A stretch of 8,277 nt of DNA from the IMG/VR virus record IMGVR_UViG_2740892421_000006. One strand, written 5' to 3'. A program made the translations under genes and the position numbers. Of this stretch, positions 6,252 to 8,277 are shown piece after piece (within the stretch, counting starts at the first letter, position 1; each line of letters opens with the position of its first letter). The notes below the pieces were generated by a model. That model worked only from the letters and a program-made list of their open reading frames with translations. It was not told the origin of the DNA and did no database searches. The DNA comes from a virus. Taxonomy: Duplodnaviria > Heunggongvirae > Uroviricota > Caudoviricetes.

Positions 6252-6734
6252 TTACACGCCATCAAGGATGTGGATGCGGTTGCTTGCGTATACATTCAGC
6301 ATAAAGTTAGCGCAAAACAGTTTCCATGTATCAACGCCAGCGGTATACGTAATGTTTTTGCATTTAATTGCATTGTTGGCGATCCGCATCCCCTGCGATA
6401 CTGCTTCATCGTCGGAAAATTTGAACGACGATTGAGTTTTAATCCAGACAGAAATCTGCGTAGCGAACTCAATCAGCTTGGACTGGCAGAATCGCCCGGA
6501 GCGCACCGGAAAGACGAACGTTCCGAATCCAGAATTTACCACATACGCTTTCTCAAATACCCGCGAGTAACGACGATTGCCAATGATGTCGCGTGCAATA
6601 ATGCATTTTTCTTGTGCTGACAGTTCTACCGTCTCATTGTCGCGCCATGCACCAAGTACTCGTTTTTCAATGTCAGAGAACGTTACAGCGATATTGCCAT
6701 GTGCGGGTGCGTTTACAGTAGCGATAAAATTCAT
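6252..6734 (-). CDS. hypothetical protein (160 aa)
   Basis: Minus-strand ORF with SD aagga 7 nt upstream of ATG (6732-6734); stop TAA 6252-6254. No recognisable motifs. Confidence 0.55.
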   Translation of the reverse strand: MNFIATVNAPAHGNIAVTFSDIEKRVLGAWRDNETVELSAQEKCIIARDIIGNRRYSRVFEKAYVVNSGFGTFVFPVRSGRFCQSKLIEFATQISVWIKTQSSFKFSDDEAVSQGMRIANNAIKCKNITYTAGVDTWKLFCANFMLNVYASNRIHILDGV

Positions 6735-6855
6735 GATTAATTCCTTATCGTAAATAACAAATTGTTTCTTGTTGTTGTTAATTATCGTTGTACGAATAAG
6801 GCGTCAAAGTGGAAAGTTGCGGTAGCCGGACGGGAACAGGTGGGTTTGTCGGTTG

Positions 6856-6932
6856 CCTGGAGGTAAGAGGTTGGTGTTTTTAGCCTGCGGGAAACAGGAT
6901 GGTCATTTAAGGCCACCAATGCTGATGGCCTT
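6856..6932. repeat. cassette-flanking repeat, left copy (hairpin-forming)
   Basis: ctggaggtaaga ... ggtcatttaaggccaccaatgctgatggcctt; the core matches 7967-8001 with 3 substitutions; lies immediately 3' (minus sense) of the 310-aa gene stop (TGA 6937-6939). Confidence 0.8.
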
Positions 6933-6936
6933 GTTT

Positions 6937-7869
6937 TCAACTGGAATAAGAATAATCTGTATTGATGAGTAAAGGCGCATCATCCACTAATCCTGACAGA
7001 AACCAGCGAGCAGTCCCGTAAAGTTCAAGGGCGTCAAGATAGCCTTCATGCAGTGCACCAACCCCAAACACATCATTATCAGCCATAGCTACCGCATCTA
7101 CGGCCAGATACTCTATGAGTTCTTCCATGCTTTTTATATTTATATCGTCTAAAATCTCCAGTTTGTTCTCAATCTCATTGAAAGGGATATCCGGCATCGA
7201 ATGCACTATGATTTTTGGCACATCATTCTCATTATTTACCTCCACAATAACAATTCCATACTCTGTAAAAAGAGAACTAAAGAATCTATTAAACTCTAAA
7301 TTAACAAAAGATGCCGAACCATTTAAACGCTCAACATATGGGGAACGAAAAGCTGAATGTAAATTATTTTTTCTACTTTCCTTGCCATATTCTATAATCA
7401 ACTCTTTATTTTTGATCTTCTCGAGTATTCCACCTAGCTCCTCTACAATTAAAGCGCCAGTGTTTTCTCTTTCTTTTGATACTATAGTTGAAAGACTGAT
7501 CAAGGCTTCTGTTATACTGTTATTAGAAACGATCAGATGAAATAGCTCCAGCATAGCCAATCGACCACTATCAGTGAACGTAACAAAGTTTATTGCATCT
7601 ATTTCATTTTTAATCGCAAGAAACTCACATTTATTTTTGATGTTTTCCCGAATTGACATCTCCACACGCTGTCTTATTCTCAACACCTGCTTAAAGTAAG
7701 TATTTTCAAAACATTCGACAGAAAATGTCTTCTTACCATCATTCACAATAGCCAATCTGTATTCACATTCAAGACCATTAAGTTCAAGGCAATCACAGTC
7801 ATATTGGGACCCATCTTTAACTGAAAACAATTCACTAATGTCAATTTGTCCCAAAAATACTGGTTTCAT
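6937..7869 (-). CDS. hypothetical protein (310 aa), AT-rich cassette gene
   Basis: Minus-strand ORF with SD agga upstream of ATG (7867-7869); appears markedly more AT-rich than flanking DNA; bracketed by the two repeat copies. No recognisable catalytic motifs. Confidence 0.65.
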   Translation of the reverse strand: MKPVFLGQIDISELFSVKDGSQYDCDCLELNGLECEYRLAIVNDGKKTFSVECFENTYFKQVLRIRQRVEMSIRENIKNKCEFLAIKNEIDAINFVTFTDSGRLAMLELFHLIVSNNSITEALISLSTIVSKERENTGALIVEELGGILEKIKNKELIIEYGKESRKNNLHSAFRSPYVERLNGSASFVNLEFNRFFSSLFTEYGIVIVEVNNENDVPKIIVHSMPDIPFNEIENKLEILDDINIKSMEELIEYLAVDAVAMADNDVFGVGALHEGYLDALELYGTARWFLSGLVDDAPLLINTDYSYSS

Positions 7870-7949
7870 TTTTAATTCCTCGTTTGTTTTCGATGTGATA
7901 ATTATCGCTGAATGAAATAGGCTAAAAAGAAGATTTGTAAGGCAACTAT

Positions 7950-8001
7950 CTGGAAGTAAGGCAAAGGGTGGTCATTTAAGACCACCAATGCTGGTGGCCT
8001 T
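7950..8001. repeat. cassette-flanking repeat, right copy (tandem hairpins, contains Chi octamer)
   Basis: ctggaagtaagg ... ggtggtc-atttaa-gaccacc (7967-7986) overlapping ccacca-atgc-tggtgg (7982-7997); GCTGGTGG at 7990-7997. Relative to the left copy it lacks an ~18-22-bp internal segment. Confidence 0.8.
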
Positions 8002-8006
8002 AATAA

Positions 8007-8150
8007 TTATCGCCCGATTACGCTAAGGATCTTTTCCTCAACTGATTTGTTGTTGCGACTAAACTGCCTTGCGTATCTGATGACAGAAGAGGCGTTTCGC
8101 TTTCTGACCATCTCGGCTCTTTCCTTCAGGCGTTTCTTGAAATCGCCCAT
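8007..8150 (-). CDS. small basic ORF (47 aa), not in the supplied ORF track
   Basis: Found by manual translation: ATG at 8148-8150 (minus) to TAA at 8007-8009, MGDFKKRLKERAEMVRKRNASSVIRYARQFSRNNKSVEEKILSVIGR; its start is 2 nt after the stop of the upstream partial ORF; SD-like ggtgg upstream. Confidence 0.4.
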   Translation of the reverse strand: MGDFKKRLKERAEMVRKRNASSVIRYARQFSRNNKSVEEKILSVIGR

Positions 8151-8152
8151 AT

Positions 8153-8277
8153 TTACCACCAGGCGCAGAAGGTCAGTCTGTTATTGTGAAAGTCGTGGTT
8201 CCTGATCAGGTCTTCCACAAGCTCTTTCAACTCCCCCACATCATGCCAGTAACCTTCATCGTACTCCTGACTGCCGA
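8153..8277 (-). CDS. 3' end of a gene extending beyond the window (last ~40 codons)
   Basis: Manual translation of the minus strand: ...GSQEYDEGYWHDVGELKELVEDLIRNHDFHNNRLTFCAWW then TAA (8153-8155); open to the window edge. Confidence 0.45.
   Translation of the reverse strand, partial: GSQEYDEGYWHDVGELKELVEDLIRNHDFHNNRLTFCAWW

Noticed and set aside
5858-6435. ORFs 5858..6058 (-), 5927..6169 (+), 6121..6435 (+) in the noncoding region
   Set aside because: They overlap one another, run through the palindromes and direct repeats, lack convincing SD sequences and give low-complexity products; the region is better explained as regulatory or structural DNA.
2069-7540. Other antisense or overlapping ORFs: 2069..2263 (-), 3828..4142 (-), 4568..4756 (-), 5476..5685 (-), 6270..6620 (+), 7115..7540 (+)
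   Set aside because: Each overlaps a better-supported gene, a terminator or a promoter on the opposite strand, and lacks a ribosome-binding site or plausible protein features.
6856-8001. Integron attC sites or transposon inverted repeats as the identity of the cassette-flanking repeats
   Set aside because: The copies are direct repeats of only ~50-75 bp, no integrase or transposase is present in the window, and they lack the extended imperfect dyad organisation of attC sites; left as a generic hotspot repeat.

Overview
Mosaic accessory-type region, most likely phage/prophage- or island-derived DNA in an enterobacterial-like background; no rRNA, tRNA, CRISPR array, transposase or integrase was found. 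All calls come from reading the sequence and ORF track by eye; no database search was possible, so every product name is tentative. Positions 1-5712 are a plus-strand block: the 3' part of an SF2 helicase gene (5' end upstream of the window), then nine short, mostly AT-rich genes of unknown function. These include an outer-membrane-type lipoprotein, a protein with an internal tandem repeat that resembles Rof/YaeO from memory, and two paralogous secreted 4-cysteine proteins, each preceded by the same ~57-bp repeat. The block ends with a promoter-to-double-terminator cassette (4600-5712). Positions 5713-6217 are a ~500-bp noncoding region between convergent terminators, dense in palindromes and direct repeats. 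Positions 6218-8277 are a minus-strand block of apparently higher GC, in which an AT-rich 310-aa gene sits as a cassette between two copies of a hairpin-forming repeat. The main candidates for an undescribed system are that 310-aa cassette and the lipoprotein / Rof-like / secreted-paralog cluster.
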